Positions 38,256 to 46,825 of a DNA stretch of 64,000 nucleotides are shown piece after piece; within the stretch, counting starts at the first letter, position 1; the number at the start of each line of letters is the position of its first letter. The stretch is from an uncultured Actinomycetes bacterium (GTDB lineage: Bacteria > Actinomycetota > Acidimicrobiia > Spongiisociales > ZC4RG35): NCBI GenBank assembly GCA_937989945.1, contig CALKIG010000114.1, positions 3,330-67,329 on the forward strand, in the 5' to 3' direction. The notes below the pieces were generated by a model. That model saw only the letters and a list, made by a program, of their open reading frames with translations, had not been told where the DNA came from and did not search any database. The position numbers and the translations under genes are program-made.

Positions 38256-39418
38256 CAGGAGTCACCTGCTTCCATCAATTCGACGAAGTCGTCGAACAGA
38301 GGAGATGCGTCTCTCGGGCCGGGTGCAGCCTCGGGGTGGTATTGAACGGAATACGCACGAGCTTCGAGAAGACGTAGACCTTCGATAGTTCCATCGTTCA
38401 GGTTCTGATGGGTCGGCACCACCGGTCCGAATGCAGTCTCGACCTGCTCGGGCAGCAACTCACTTGTGACCAGGCCACTCCGCTGTGGCCGCTCGGCATC
38501 GGTCAAGGTCCACAGGTCGACGGCAAACCCGTGGTTCTGAGAAGTGATCTCGACGCGCCCATCGCTCATGCGTCTTACGGGGTGATTACCGCCGTGGTGG
38601 CCAAATGGGAGCTTGAAGGTGCTAGCGCCAATCGCACGCCCCAGCACCTGGTGACCGAGGCAGATACCAAAGACAGGAACCGAACCGATCAGGGAGCGCA
38701 TCGTCTCCGCGGTTGCAACCAATGGCTCGGGGTCGCCGGGACCGTTTGACACGAACACCCCGTGCGGCGAGAGCTCGCGTATCCGATCGGCTGTGGCCTC
38801 ATACGGGACAACAACAACGTCGTATCCCCGGGCCGTGATGTTCCGCAGGATGTCTCGCTTCATGCCCAGGTCGATGGCGACCACAGTCCCGCGATGGTCT
38901 CCGGCGGCCTCTACCCGGTACTCATGATCGGTGCTGACTCTTCCGGCGAGATCCTGGCCTGACATCTCGGGTGCGGAACGAGCAGCGTCGAGAAGCTCCG
39001 CCTCGGACACGCCCGAGCCGAGTGCCACTGGCATCGCCCCACGGTCACGGATGTGACGGGTGAGCCTTCTCGTGTCGACATCGCTCATGGCTACGACATC
39101 GTTCTCCTGGAGGTATGAGGCGAGGGAGCCCTCCGACCGATGATTGGAGTCGCGTCTGGAGATGGCCCTCGTGACGAAGCCCGACACGTGAGGATGGTCG
39201 GCTTGGGCATCCCAGGCTGTCACTCCGTAGTTGCCGATGTGCGGAGAGGTCATCACAACGACCTGACCGGCATATGAAGGGTCTGTGAGGACCTCGACAT
39301 ACCCTGACATCGATGTGTTGAACACCGCTTCGCCGGTCCTGATCCCATCGGCCCCTACCGAGCGACCCCTGAAGATCTCACCATCGGCGGTCGCGAGCAA
39401 TGCAGCGCTACCGCTCAT
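38255..39418 (-). CDS. carA: carbamoyl-phosphate synthase small (glutamine amidotransferase) subunit
   Basis: 387 aa. The catalytic triad region is GICLGHQ...HHGGNHPV...QYHPEA. Confidence 0.95.
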   Translation of the reverse strand: MSGSAALLATADGEIFRGRSVGADGIRTGEAVFNTSMSGYVEVLTDPSYAGQVVVMTSPHIGNYGVTAWDAQADHPHVSGFVTRAISRRDSNHRSEGSLASYLQENDVVAMSDVDTRRLTRHIRDRGAMPVALGSGVSEAELLDAARSAPEMSGQDLAGRVSTDHEYRVEAAGDHRGTVVAIDLGMKRDILRNITARGYDVVVVPYEATADRIRELSPHGVFVSNGPGDPEPLVATAETMRSLIGSVPVFGICLGHQVLGRAIGASTFKLPFGHHGGNHPVRRMSDGRVEITSQNHGFAVDLWTLTDAERPQRSGLVTSELLPEQVETAFGPVVPTHQNLNDGTIEGLRLLEARAYSVQYHPEAAPGPRDASPLFDDFVELMEAGDS

Positions 39419-40674
39419 GCGCCATCTCCGTAGACGAGCTTTCCTTCGACGATCGTCGCCATGACCTCACCTTCCAGCTCCCACCCGGCGAATGGGGAAT
39501 TGGCCGCTCTTGACGCAAAACTGCCTACTTTCCACTTCCGCAGGGGGTCTACCAAAACGAGATTGGCCGGGGCCCCCACCTCGATCGGGCGGCCGTGTCG
39601 CGACAGGCCTGATATCCGCGCCGGTGTGATGCTCATCCGTTCGAAGACCGCGTCGAGATCTCCTGACAATGCGGCAAGGCCCAACGGGAACGCTGTCTCG
39701 AGTCCTGTCACCCCGCGGGGAGCCTCTTCGAATGGCACGTCCTTTTCCGACTCTGCATGGGGGGCGTGGTCGGTCGCGATCGCATCGATCGTCCCGTCCG
39801 ACAGCCCTGCGACCAACGCTGCCCGATCGGAAGGCGTCCGCAAAGGCGGGTACATCTTCAGGTTCGTGTCGAGCTCACGTATGTCCGCATCGGTCAGAGT
39901 CAGATGATGGGGCGTGACTTCGGCTGTGACGGGCAGCCCTGCTTGCTTGGCCTGTCTCACCAGCTCGACCCCACGGGCCGTCGAGAGGTGTTGTACGTGA
40001 TAGTGAATCCCGACATCAGCCACCAGCTCCAAGTCACGCGCGATGACTGAAGTCTCTGCCGACGCCGGGATCCCGAGCACCCCCAAAGTCTGTGATGCCA
40101 TCCCCTCATTGAGATGGCCGCCGGCTGAGAGCGCCGGGTCTTCTGCATGCTGAGCCACGACGACGTCGCCGCGATCCTTGAGATAGGTCATGATCCGCCG
40201 GAGCAGCCCGGCGTTGCCGACTGAGTCCCCGTCGTCGGTGAAGATGCGGACACCGCGGTCATACATCTCATCGAGTCGGGACATCTCCTCTCCGGCGCGT
40301 CCGCTGGTCAGCGCTCCGGCCAGGGCAACGGCAACTTGGCCTACCGCCGAAGCCCGTGCAACGACTCGATCGACGACTTCGCCGCGATCGATGGCGGGAT
40401 CCGTGTTTGGCATCGCCACAACTGCCGCGTAACCCCCTCGGGCAGCCGCGGCAGTTCCCGTCTCGATGTCCTCTTTCCAGCTTTCCCCGGGCTCGCGGAG
40501 GTGGGTGTGCAAGTCCACGAAAGCAGGGCCGAGAATCATTCCGGTCCCATCGATGCGACTGTGCTCGCCATCCGGCGCAACGCCGACGTGGGTGATCTTG
40601 GCATCCTCGATGGCCACGTCGGCTTCGAGCCAGCCGCGAGTGGTCAGCGCCTTGGCACCACTGATGACAATCAC
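39415..40674 (-). CDS. pyrC: dihydroorotase
   Basis: From GTG 40674 (GTGA overlap with the pyrB stop): VIVISGAKAL..., DLHTHLREPG, DHAPH. The 605-aa track ORF is an extension across pyrB. Confidence 0.9.
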   Translation of the reverse strand: MIVISGAKALTTRGWLEADVAIEDAKITHVGVAPDGEHSRIDGTGMILGPAFVDLHTHLREPGESWKEDIETGTAAAARGGYAAVVAMPNTDPAIDRGEVVDRVVARASAVGQVAVALAGALTSGRAGEEMSRLDEMYDRGVRIFTDDGDSVGNAGLLRRIMTYLKDRGDVVVAQHAEDPALSAGGHLNEGMASQTLGVLGIPASAETSVIARDLELVADVGIHYHVQHLSTARGVELVRQAKQAGLPVTAEVTPHHLTLTDADIRELDTNLKMYPPLRTPSDRAALVAGLSDGTIDAIATDHAPHAESEKDVPFEEAPRGVTGLETAFPLGLAALSGDLDAVFERMSITPARISGLSRHGRPIEVGAPANLVLVDPLRKWKVGSFASRAANSPFAGWELEGEVMATIVEGKLVYGDGA

Positions 40675-41561
40675 AGGTGGCCGTCCAGCGTCATTGCTAT
40701 CGCAGCCATCCTGATCGGCACTCCTGCGGCAACCTGATCGAGGATCACCGAGGAGGGTCCGTCGGCTACATCGCTCGAGACCTCGACACCGCGATTGATC
40801 GGGCCGGGGTGCATGATCACACAGTCTGGCTTGAGACGATGCGATCGCTCCTGGTTGAGACCAAACCTCCGATGGAATTCTCCATCCGACGGATAGCCGA
40901 GTCCGCCGCCGCGCTCCTTCTGCACCCTCAGCAGGTAGACCACATCCAGCTCGCCGATGATCGAGTCGAAGTCTGAAGTCGAGCTCATCTGCCAACCACC
41001 GGCGCGGGGTACGAACGTGCTGGGGCCTATCGCGGTGACCCTTCCCCCCAGTCTCGGGAAACTGGAGAGCAGCCCGCGGGCGACACGACTGTTGACTATG
41101 TCCCCCACGAGACCGACATGGACTCCGGAGAAGTCGCCGAAACGGTCTCTTATCACGAGCAGGTCTGAGAGCGTTTGGGTTGGATGTGCCCGGCGTCCGT
41201 CGCCAGCGTTGAGGACCGGCTTCCCCGACCACTTCTGCACGGCTTCAGGGGCACCGGCACTGACGTGTCGGACAATCAGCAGGTCGGGTCCCATGGCACC
41301 CACTGTCCTCGCCGTATCCCGGAGCGTCTCGCCTTTGGTGGCCGATGAGGTCTTGTGATCGAAGGCCAGCAACTGTGCGCCGAGATTCGTAGCCGCCAGA
41401 TCAAAAGACATTCGCGTCCTGGTCGAAGGCTCGAAGAACATCGGGACGACCGTCCGGCCCGCGTACTGCGTGGTTCGCCCAAGCTCGCGCATCTCCGCGG
41501 CTCGATCCAGGACAGACTCGATTTGCCGGGGTGACAATGAGGCGACGTCGACCAGGGACAT
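40671..41561 (-). CDS. pyrB: aspartate carbamoyltransferase catalytic subunit
   Basis: FFEPSTRTR, HPTQ and HPGP motifs. ATG 41561 overlaps the pyrR stop (TGATG). The alternative start at 41588 would overlap pyrR by 28 nt. Confidence 0.9.
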   Translation of the reverse strand: MSLVDVASLSPRQIESVLDRAAEMRELGRTTQYAGRTVVPMFFEPSTRTRMSFDLAATNLGAQLLAFDHKTSSATKGETLRDTARTVGAMGPDLLIVRHVSAGAPEAVQKWSGKPVLNAGDGRRAHPTQTLSDLLVIRDRFGDFSGVHVGLVGDIVNSRVARGLLSSFPRLGGRVTAIGPSTFVPRAGGWQMSSTSDFDSIIGELDVVYLLRVQKERGGGLGYPSDGEFHRRFGLNQERSHRLKPDCVIMHPGPINRGVEVSSDVADGPSSVILDQVAAGVPIRMAAIAMTLDGHL

Positions 41562-42094
41562 CAGACCAACGCCCCGTTGTGGAGCCACACGCCGATGTCG
41601 CCATCGACCTGCGGCACATGGACCGATACTCTCTCGTCGTTGGAGGTCGGAATGTTCTTGCCGACGTAGTCCGCCCGCACCGGCAGCTCTCTATGGCCAC
41701 GATCGATCAGCACAGCCAACTCGATCTTGTCGGCCCGCCCGATTTCAGAAATCGCGTCAAGGGCGGCCCTCACCGTGCGACCGGTGTAGAGGACGTCATC
41801 CACGAGGACCACGGACTTGCCCTCCAAATCGAACGGGATGACCGTGTCGATGGTCCCCGGCCGTGTGGTTTCGTCGAGGTCATCGCGGTGGGCGGTGACG
41901 TCGAGCTCTCCCAGCGGGACAGCCTTGCCTTCGAACTGCTCGATCACATCGCTCAGCATTTGTGCGAGATGGACCCCTCGGGTGCGGATCCCGACCAACG
42001 CGACCGAGTCGACACCGCGGTTTCTCTCGATTATCTCGTGGGCGATCCGGCGCAGTGCTCGCAAGACATCCTGGTCGGTGAGGAGTCGGGACAT
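41561..42094 (-). CDS. pyrR: bifunctional pyrimidine operon regulator / uracil phosphoribosyltransferase PyrR
   Basis: LRALRRIAHEIIERN, the PRPP motif VVLVDDVLYTGRT. ATG 42094 gives an N-terminus collinear with B. subtilis PyrR. The GTG at 42103 is the track alternative. Confidence 0.9.
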   Translation of the reverse strand: MSRLLTDQDVLRALRRIAHEIIERNRGVDSVALVGIRTRGVHLAQMLSDVIEQFEGKAVPLGELDVTAHRDDLDETTRPGTIDTVIPFDLEGKSVVLVDDVLYTGRTVRAALDAISEIGRADKIELAVLIDRGHRELPVRADYVGKNIPTSNDERVSVHVPQVDGDIGVWLHNGALV

Positions 42095-42141
42095 CAGCCC
42101 CACGCAGCCCGTATGGCTAGGGGTGCATTCGTGTCGCGCAT
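42094..42141 (-). CDS. candidate 15-codon leader uORF translationally coupled to pyrR
   Basis: ATG 42141 lies 7 nt after GGAAGGA. It encodes MRDTNAPLAIRAAWG. Its TGA (42096..42094) overlaps the pyrR ATG by one nt (TGATG). Sequence logic only. Confidence 0.3.
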   Translation of the reverse strand: MRDTNAPLAIRAAWG

Positions 42142-42155
42142 CGGTGTGTCCTTCC

Positions 42156-42172
42156 CGGCCTCACTGGACCGC
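42156..42172 (-). promoter_or_regulatory. PyrR-binding loop-like RNA element in the pyr leader
   Basis: Sense CGGUCCAGUGAGGCCGG matches the PyrR binding-loop core RUCCAGAGAGGYU with one internal change. It abuts the SD GGGAAGGA of the uORF. Confidence 0.55.
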
Positions 42173-42212
42173 TCTTAAAGGTCGACGCCACCATAGCGCA
42201 TGTCGCGATGGT

Positions 42213-42773
42213 TCAGGTCGCGTCTTCGCGGACACTTTTGGCCAAGGTGGCCAACACTCCGTTGATGAAGGAACCGCTGCGGCCGGTTGAATACGTGTTC
42301 GCGAGCCGCACCGCTTCGGAGACGATGACGGCAGTCGGCGTGTCGGTGTCGTTGATCAGCTCCCACAAGCCGAGGCGCAGGATCGCTCGGTCGATCATGG
42401 GCATTCTTGCAACGGACCAGTGCTGGGAGGCTCCCTCGATCTTCTCGTCCAACGCTTCGGACGCCTCGAGAACACCGCTGACCAGGCGCTCCACTCGTGT
42501 AGGAAGATCTACCGTTGGCTCGTCGCGAAATCGGCTCTCAGATTCATAAAGACGCTCGAGGGCAAGGTCTCTCGGCTCCACGGCGACTTCGACCCCAAGG
42601 GCTCGTGCTGCCTCGGTGGCAAGCAGCCCGTCCAACACGTCATCAGGGCTGTCGGGCTCTCCACGAGCGGTCATCACGGCTTGCACCTGTGAGACGTCCC
42701 TCCCGATCGCCTTCGCCAGGTCCGCGGCTGTGATTCGGGCCGGGATGGTCACCTGAGGCGAGGCGTTACTCAT
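42213..42773 (-). CDS. nusB: transcription antitermination factor NusB with a ~65-aa IF2_N-like N-terminal extension
   Basis: The C-terminal ~120 aa are NusB (RDLALERLYESE..., MPMIDRAILRLGLWEL, IVSEAVRLA...GSFINGVL). The N-terminus ITAADLAKAIGRDVSQVQAVMTARG...DDVLDGLLATEAARALGVEV resembles the IF-2 N-terminal (PF04760-type) module. Confidence 0.85.
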   Translation of the reverse strand: MSNASPQVTIPARITAADLAKAIGRDVSQVQAVMTARGEPDSPDDVLDGLLATEAARALGVEVAVEPRDLALERLYESESRFRDEPTVDLPTRVERLVSGVLEASEALDEKIEGASQHWSVARMPMIDRAILRLGLWELINDTDTPTAVIVSEAVRLANTYSTGRSGSFINGVLATLAKSVREDAT

Positions 42774-43327
42774 GCCCTGGTCTGGTATTCACCCGTTCGA
42801 GTATCCACCTTGATCCGATCGCCTTGCTCGATGAACAACGGGACCTGGAGCTCGTAGCCGGTCTCGGTGGTGACGGTCTTGGAGGCTCCTGTCCTCGTGT
42901 CCCCCTTGACTGCAGGCTCGGCGTAGGTGATCTCGAGCTCTACCGATGGCGGAAGCTCGACGCCGATGGGCGTGCCTTCGTGAGTCGCCAAGGTCACCGT
43001 GGATCCCTCCACCATGTACTGGCTGGCTTCCCCCACTTCATCTGGGCCAACCGCGATCTGCCCGAAGTCGGCGAGATTCATGAAGTGGTATCCCAGGTCG
43101 TCCCGGTACAAGTACTGGTAATCACTTCGGTCGATGATCGCCTGTGGGACGTCCTCGTCGGCTCGGAAGGTCCTGTCCAGCACCTGACCGGTCTCTACGT
43201 TCTTCAGCTTCATTCGAACGAAAGCCTTGCCTTTTCCCGGCTTCACATGCTGGTACTCGACGATGGTGAACAGGCCGTCGTCGAGCTGCAGGGCCATGCC
43301 TGGCCGGACGTCGTTCGTGCTGATCAT
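42770..43327 (-). CDS. efp: elongation factor P
   Basis: 185 aa. MISTNDVRPGM...VEYQHVKPGKGKAFVR.KLKN is canonical EF-P. Confidence 0.95.
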   Translation of the reverse strand: MISTNDVRPGMALQLDDGLFTIVEYQHVKPGKGKAFVRMKLKNVETGQVLDRTFRADEDVPQAIIDRSDYQYLYRDDLGYHFMNLADFGQIAVGPDEVGEASQYMVEGSTVTLATHEGTPIGVELPPSVELEITYAEPAVKGDTRTGASKTVTTETGYELQVPLFIEQGDRIKVDTRTGEYQTRA

Positions 43328-43369
43328 CGTCTCATCCTCTGTCGATTGCAGCGGGAGACAGTACCGGTG

Positions 43370-44389
43370 TCAAAGGCCTATGGCCTCCAGCGCGAGGTTG
43401 ATCATCGTATCGTCGACGTGGCGGAGGGTTGGCTGCCCGATCGCCTCGAGCAGGACCATTCGAATGCCTTTTCGGTCGCGCTTCTTGTCGACACCTATCA
43501 AGTCGCGAACACGCGTCCGATCGAGTCCGTTCACCGATGTTCGCAGGCCGATGCGTGAGATCGCATCGATCACCCTTTCCTTCTCTGCGAAGCCGACGTC
43601 GGCCTCGGACACCGCGGCCGCAGCCACCATGCCAACTCCAACAGAGGTGCCATGACTGAAGGAAGACGCGTACTCGACCGCATGGCCGACTGTATGACCG
43701 AAGTTCAGCATGGCCCGCTCCGACGACTCGCGCGGGTCCTTCTTCACGTACTCCGCCTTGACCTTCACGGCTGCCGGCACGACTTTGTCGAGGGAAACCT
43801 CCAAGCCGTCCGCCTCGATGGCCTCCACGAGGTCGGCATCGCCGATGAGGCCTGCTTTCAAGGCTTCGGCCATGCCCTCCTGCAGGAGGGCAGAAGGCAG
43901 CTTCTCGAGAACATCGAGATCGATGATCACCCGCGTCGGATCCCAGAACACGCCAACGAGGTTCTTCCCGGAGAGGTTGACGCCGGTCTTCCCACCTATC
44001 GAGGCGTCAACGGCACCGAGAAGGGTGGTCGGGAAATGGACGACCTCTACTCCCCTCATCCATGTCCCGGCAACGAATCCGGCGAGATCGGTGACAGCGC
44101 CCCCGCCTACACCCACGATCGTGTCCTCACGGCCCAGGCCTATGCGAGAAAATCTCTCGTAGAGCGTCGCGGCAACATTGAGCGTCTTTGCCTCCTCGCG
44201 ATCGGGCACGCCCAGAACGTCGACGTCGAGATTGGCCTCCTTCAACCGGCGGGAAACCAGCACCGCTTGCTGGCTGGCTCCGGGCTGGGTGATGATGGCG
44301 ACCCGGCGGCGACCTTCGCGCTCGGGCAGTAGCCCACCGCGCAATCCCGAGACGATCATCACCTCGGTGGCGCCAACCTTCAGCTCCAC
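43370..44389 (-). CDS. aroB: 3-dehydroquinate synthase
   Basis: 339 aa. GGGAVTDLAGF, GGKTGVN and NFGHT.GHA motifs. Confidence 0.95.
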   Translation of the reverse strand: MELKVGATEVMIVSGLRGGLLPEREGRRRVAIITQPGASQQAVLVSRRLKEANLDVDVLGVPDREEAKTLNVAATLYERFSRIGLGREDTIVGVGGGAVTDLAGFVAGTWMRGVEVVHFPTTLLGAVDASIGGKTGVNLSGKNLVGVFWDPTRVIIDLDVLEKLPSALLQEGMAEALKAGLIGDADLVEAIEADGLEVSLDKVVPAAVKVKAEYVKKDPRESSERAMLNFGHTVGHAVEYASSFSHGTSVGVGMVAAAAVSEADVGFAEKERVIDAISRIGLRTSVNGLDRTRVRDLIGVDKKRDRKGIRMVLLEAIGQPTLRHVDDTMINLALEAIGL

Positions 44390-44883
44390 AATTCGCCGAC
44401 CTCTGCGGCTACATCTTCGAGCGGTCGGCCATCGACATCCACGACATGCTCTGCGACCGCCATGTAGAGGGTCTCCCGGCTCTCCAGCAACGTGGAGAGC
44501 GCAAGCCGCTGGTCGTCAGCATCGGCGATCAGGGGGCGCCCGCTCCCCGAGCCGAGATTTCCCAGCAGATGGTCGAGCGAGGAGCGCAGCCAGACGACGG
44601 TGCCTGAGCGCTGCATCGCCGTGCGATTAGCCGGCTCGATGATCGCTCCTCCCCCGGTAGCCACGACACATCGGGACGACTTCGCCGCCCGGGCGACCGC
44701 TTCGGATTCGAGCCGTCTGAAGCCCTCTTCTCCGATTCGATTCCACGTGGCGGGGATACTCTCTCCGGTCGCCTGCTCCACCATGCGGTCGGTGTCGAGG
44801 AATGGAGCACCCGAAGAATGCGCGACCATCTCCCCGACGGTGGACTTCCCGCTTCCCATCATGCCCACCAGCCAGAGAATCAT
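44380..44883 (-). CDS. aroK: shikimate kinase
   Basis: 167 aa. P-loop GMMGSGKSTVG, D.D, GGGA. Confidence 0.9.
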   Translation of the reverse strand: MILWLVGMMGSGKSTVGEMVAHSSGAPFLDTDRMVEQATGESIPATWNRIGEEGFRRLESEAVARAAKSSRCVVATGGGAIIEPANRTAMQRSGTVVWLRSSLDHLLGNLGSGSGRPLIADADDQRLALSTLLESRETLYMAVAEHVVDVDGRPLEDVAAEVGELWS

Positions 44884-46040
44884 CTATCGAGTCGGTCGTC
44901 GACGCGTTTGCGATGAGCCGACACCGAGCCGGCGAGCTCCTCGATTGTGTCGCCGCCGAACTTGACGACCGTCTCGGCAGCGAGCACCCAGGCGACCATT
45001 TGCTCCCCGACAACGGCGGCAGCCGGCACGGCGCACACGTCCGAGCGCTCGCGAACAGCGACAGCATCTTCACCTGAATCCATGTCGATGGTCTGGAGCG
45101 GCCTCATCAGAGTCGAGATCGGCTTCATCGCCGCTCGCACCCGAAGTGTCTCGCCGTTGCTCACGCCTCCTTCGAGGCCCCCGGCGCGATTGGTGGCTCG
45201 ACCCTTGGCGCCCCCCTTGCGGACGATCTCATCGTGCGCGAGCGAGCCGGGGGCCGAGGCCACCTCGAAACCGTCGCCGATCTCGACGCCTTTGATGGCC
45301 GGGATCGACATGATGGCCCCGGCAAGGGCTCCGTCGAGCCTCCGGTCGTAGTGGACGTAAGAACCGAGCCCAATCGGAACGTCGAAGGCAAGGACCTCGA
45401 ATGTCCCGCCAAGTGTGTCTTTCCGCTCGGTCACGTCATCGATCAGGCGAACCATCTCCTGAGATGCGGACTTGTCCAGGCACCGGACGGGATCGTCATC
45501 GATTCCTGCAAAGTCTTCGAGCCCGTTCCATTTGCCCCGGGCGGTGACACTGCCGATCGACACGACATGGCTCCTCACCTCCACGCCGACCTGTGAGAGC
45601 ATCGCTTTCGCCAGGAATCCGGCAACGGTCCTTGCCGCGGTCTCGCGCGCAGAAGCTCTTTCCAGAACGTCACGAGCGTCGTCTGTCCCGTATTTGATCA
45701 TGCCCGCGAGATCGGCGTGACCTGGACGTGGGCGTGTCACTCTGGCTACCGGGTCGTCGACCGGCTCGATCGACATGGGCCGGGACCACTTCTCAGCCTC
45801 GCTGTTCCTGACCACGACGGCAACGGGCGAGCCCAGCGTACGCCCGTGTCGGATCCCACCAATGACCTCGACCTCATCCCGCTCCACCTTCATGCGGCCG
45901 CCGCGGCCGTAGCCCAGTCGACGTCGACTGAGCTCGGCGCTGAGGTCATTCGCCGAGAATTCGAGCCCGCGCGGCAGACCTTCGACGATGGTCACCAGAC
46001 CGGGACCATGTGACTCACCTGCTGTCAGGAAGCGGAGCAT
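44880..46040 (-). CDS. aroC: chorismate synthase
   Basis: 386 aa. MLRFLTAGESHG, GRSSARETA-like (RASARETAAR), RSDVCAVPAA. Confidence 0.95.
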   Translation of the reverse strand: MLRFLTAGESHGPGLVTIVEGLPRGLEFSANDLSAELSRRRLGYGRGGRMKVERDEVEVIGGIRHGRTLGSPVAVVVRNSEAEKWSRPMSIEPVDDPVARVTRPRPGHADLAGMIKYGTDDARDVLERASARETAARTVAGFLAKAMLSQVGVEVRSHVVSIGSVTARGKWNGLEDFAGIDDDPVRCLDKSASQEMVRLIDDVTERKDTLGGTFEVLAFDVPIGLGSYVHYDRRLDGALAGAIMSIPAIKGVEIGDGFEVASAPGSLAHDEIVRKGGAKGRATNRAGGLEGGVSNGETLRVRAAMKPISTLMRPLQTIDMDSGEDAVAVRERSDVCAVPAAAVVGEQMVAWVLAAETVVKFGGDTIEELAGSVSAHRKRVDDRLDR

Positions 46041-46061
46041 GATGGGATGCTACGACGGAAA

Positions 46062-46778
46062 TCAGATCGCGCTAATCCCGACGATGGCCACCGCGACCCA
46101 TGCACCCAGGATCATCGCCGGGCCGTAGGGCAGCTCAGTGTCTCTCTTGGCCTCGGAGAAAATGAGAGCTACGACCGCCATGACGCCCCCGATGATCGCA
46201 GTCGCGACTACCGCCCGCCCCAGGGTCGTCCAGCCGAAGTAGGCGGTGAACACCCCGAGGAGTGGAGCAAGTTTCACGTCACCTGCCCCAAACCCCTGGC
46301 CCCGGGCCACCACGAACAACAGGAATGCACCGGCGAAATAGATCCCGCCTCCCGCCAACGCTCGCCAATAGTCGGCGATGGATCCCTCAGGCAGCACCGA
46401 CAGGCCGAGCAAGATGATGAGGAAGAGAGATCCCCTGATGTTCAGCCGGTCCACTATCCGCATGGCGTCGACGTCGGTGAGGCCAAGGGCTGCGGTGAGG
46501 AGGAGGAACCCGCCGTACGGGATCAATAGCCAGCTGACATCGACCGCAAGAGCGAAGAAAACTGCTGCCGTCGCGGTGAGTGCTACGACCGCCCACTCTC
46601 TGCCGATGCTCCTGTCACATTTTGGACACACCAGGCGGGCCCAGCCGCGATCGTGCCCACATCGAGGACAGGATCCCCTGAGGGGCCTGAGTTCGAGCTC
46701 ATGCAACGCTTGGGAGGCCAGATCGTGCGATATCAGGCCGAGCAGAGCCCCGACAAGGGCTGAGATAGTCAGGAACAC
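46062..46778 (-). CDS. A24-family prepilin (type IV leader) peptidase
   Basis: 238 aa polytopic. N-terminal Cys pairs CPRCGH...CPKCDR and the two catalytic-Asp contexts (GLTDVDAM, GFGAGDVKL). Confidence 0.85.
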   Translation of the reverse strand: MFLTISALVGALLGLISHDLASQALHELELRPLRGSCPRCGHDRGWARLVCPKCDRSIGREWAVVALTATAAVFFALAVDVSWLLIPYGGFLLLTAALGLTDVDAMRIVDRLNIRGSLFLIILLGLSVLPEGSIADYWRALAGGGIYFAGAFLLFVVARGQGFGAGDVKLAPLLGVFTAYFGWTTLGRAVVATAIIGGVMAVVALIFSEAKRDTELPYGPAMILGAWVAVAIVGISAI

Positions 46779-46825
46779 GTGACGAAGGTAGCCGGGGGCG
46801 TCCCGGGATCCGCGTCAGTTACGAG

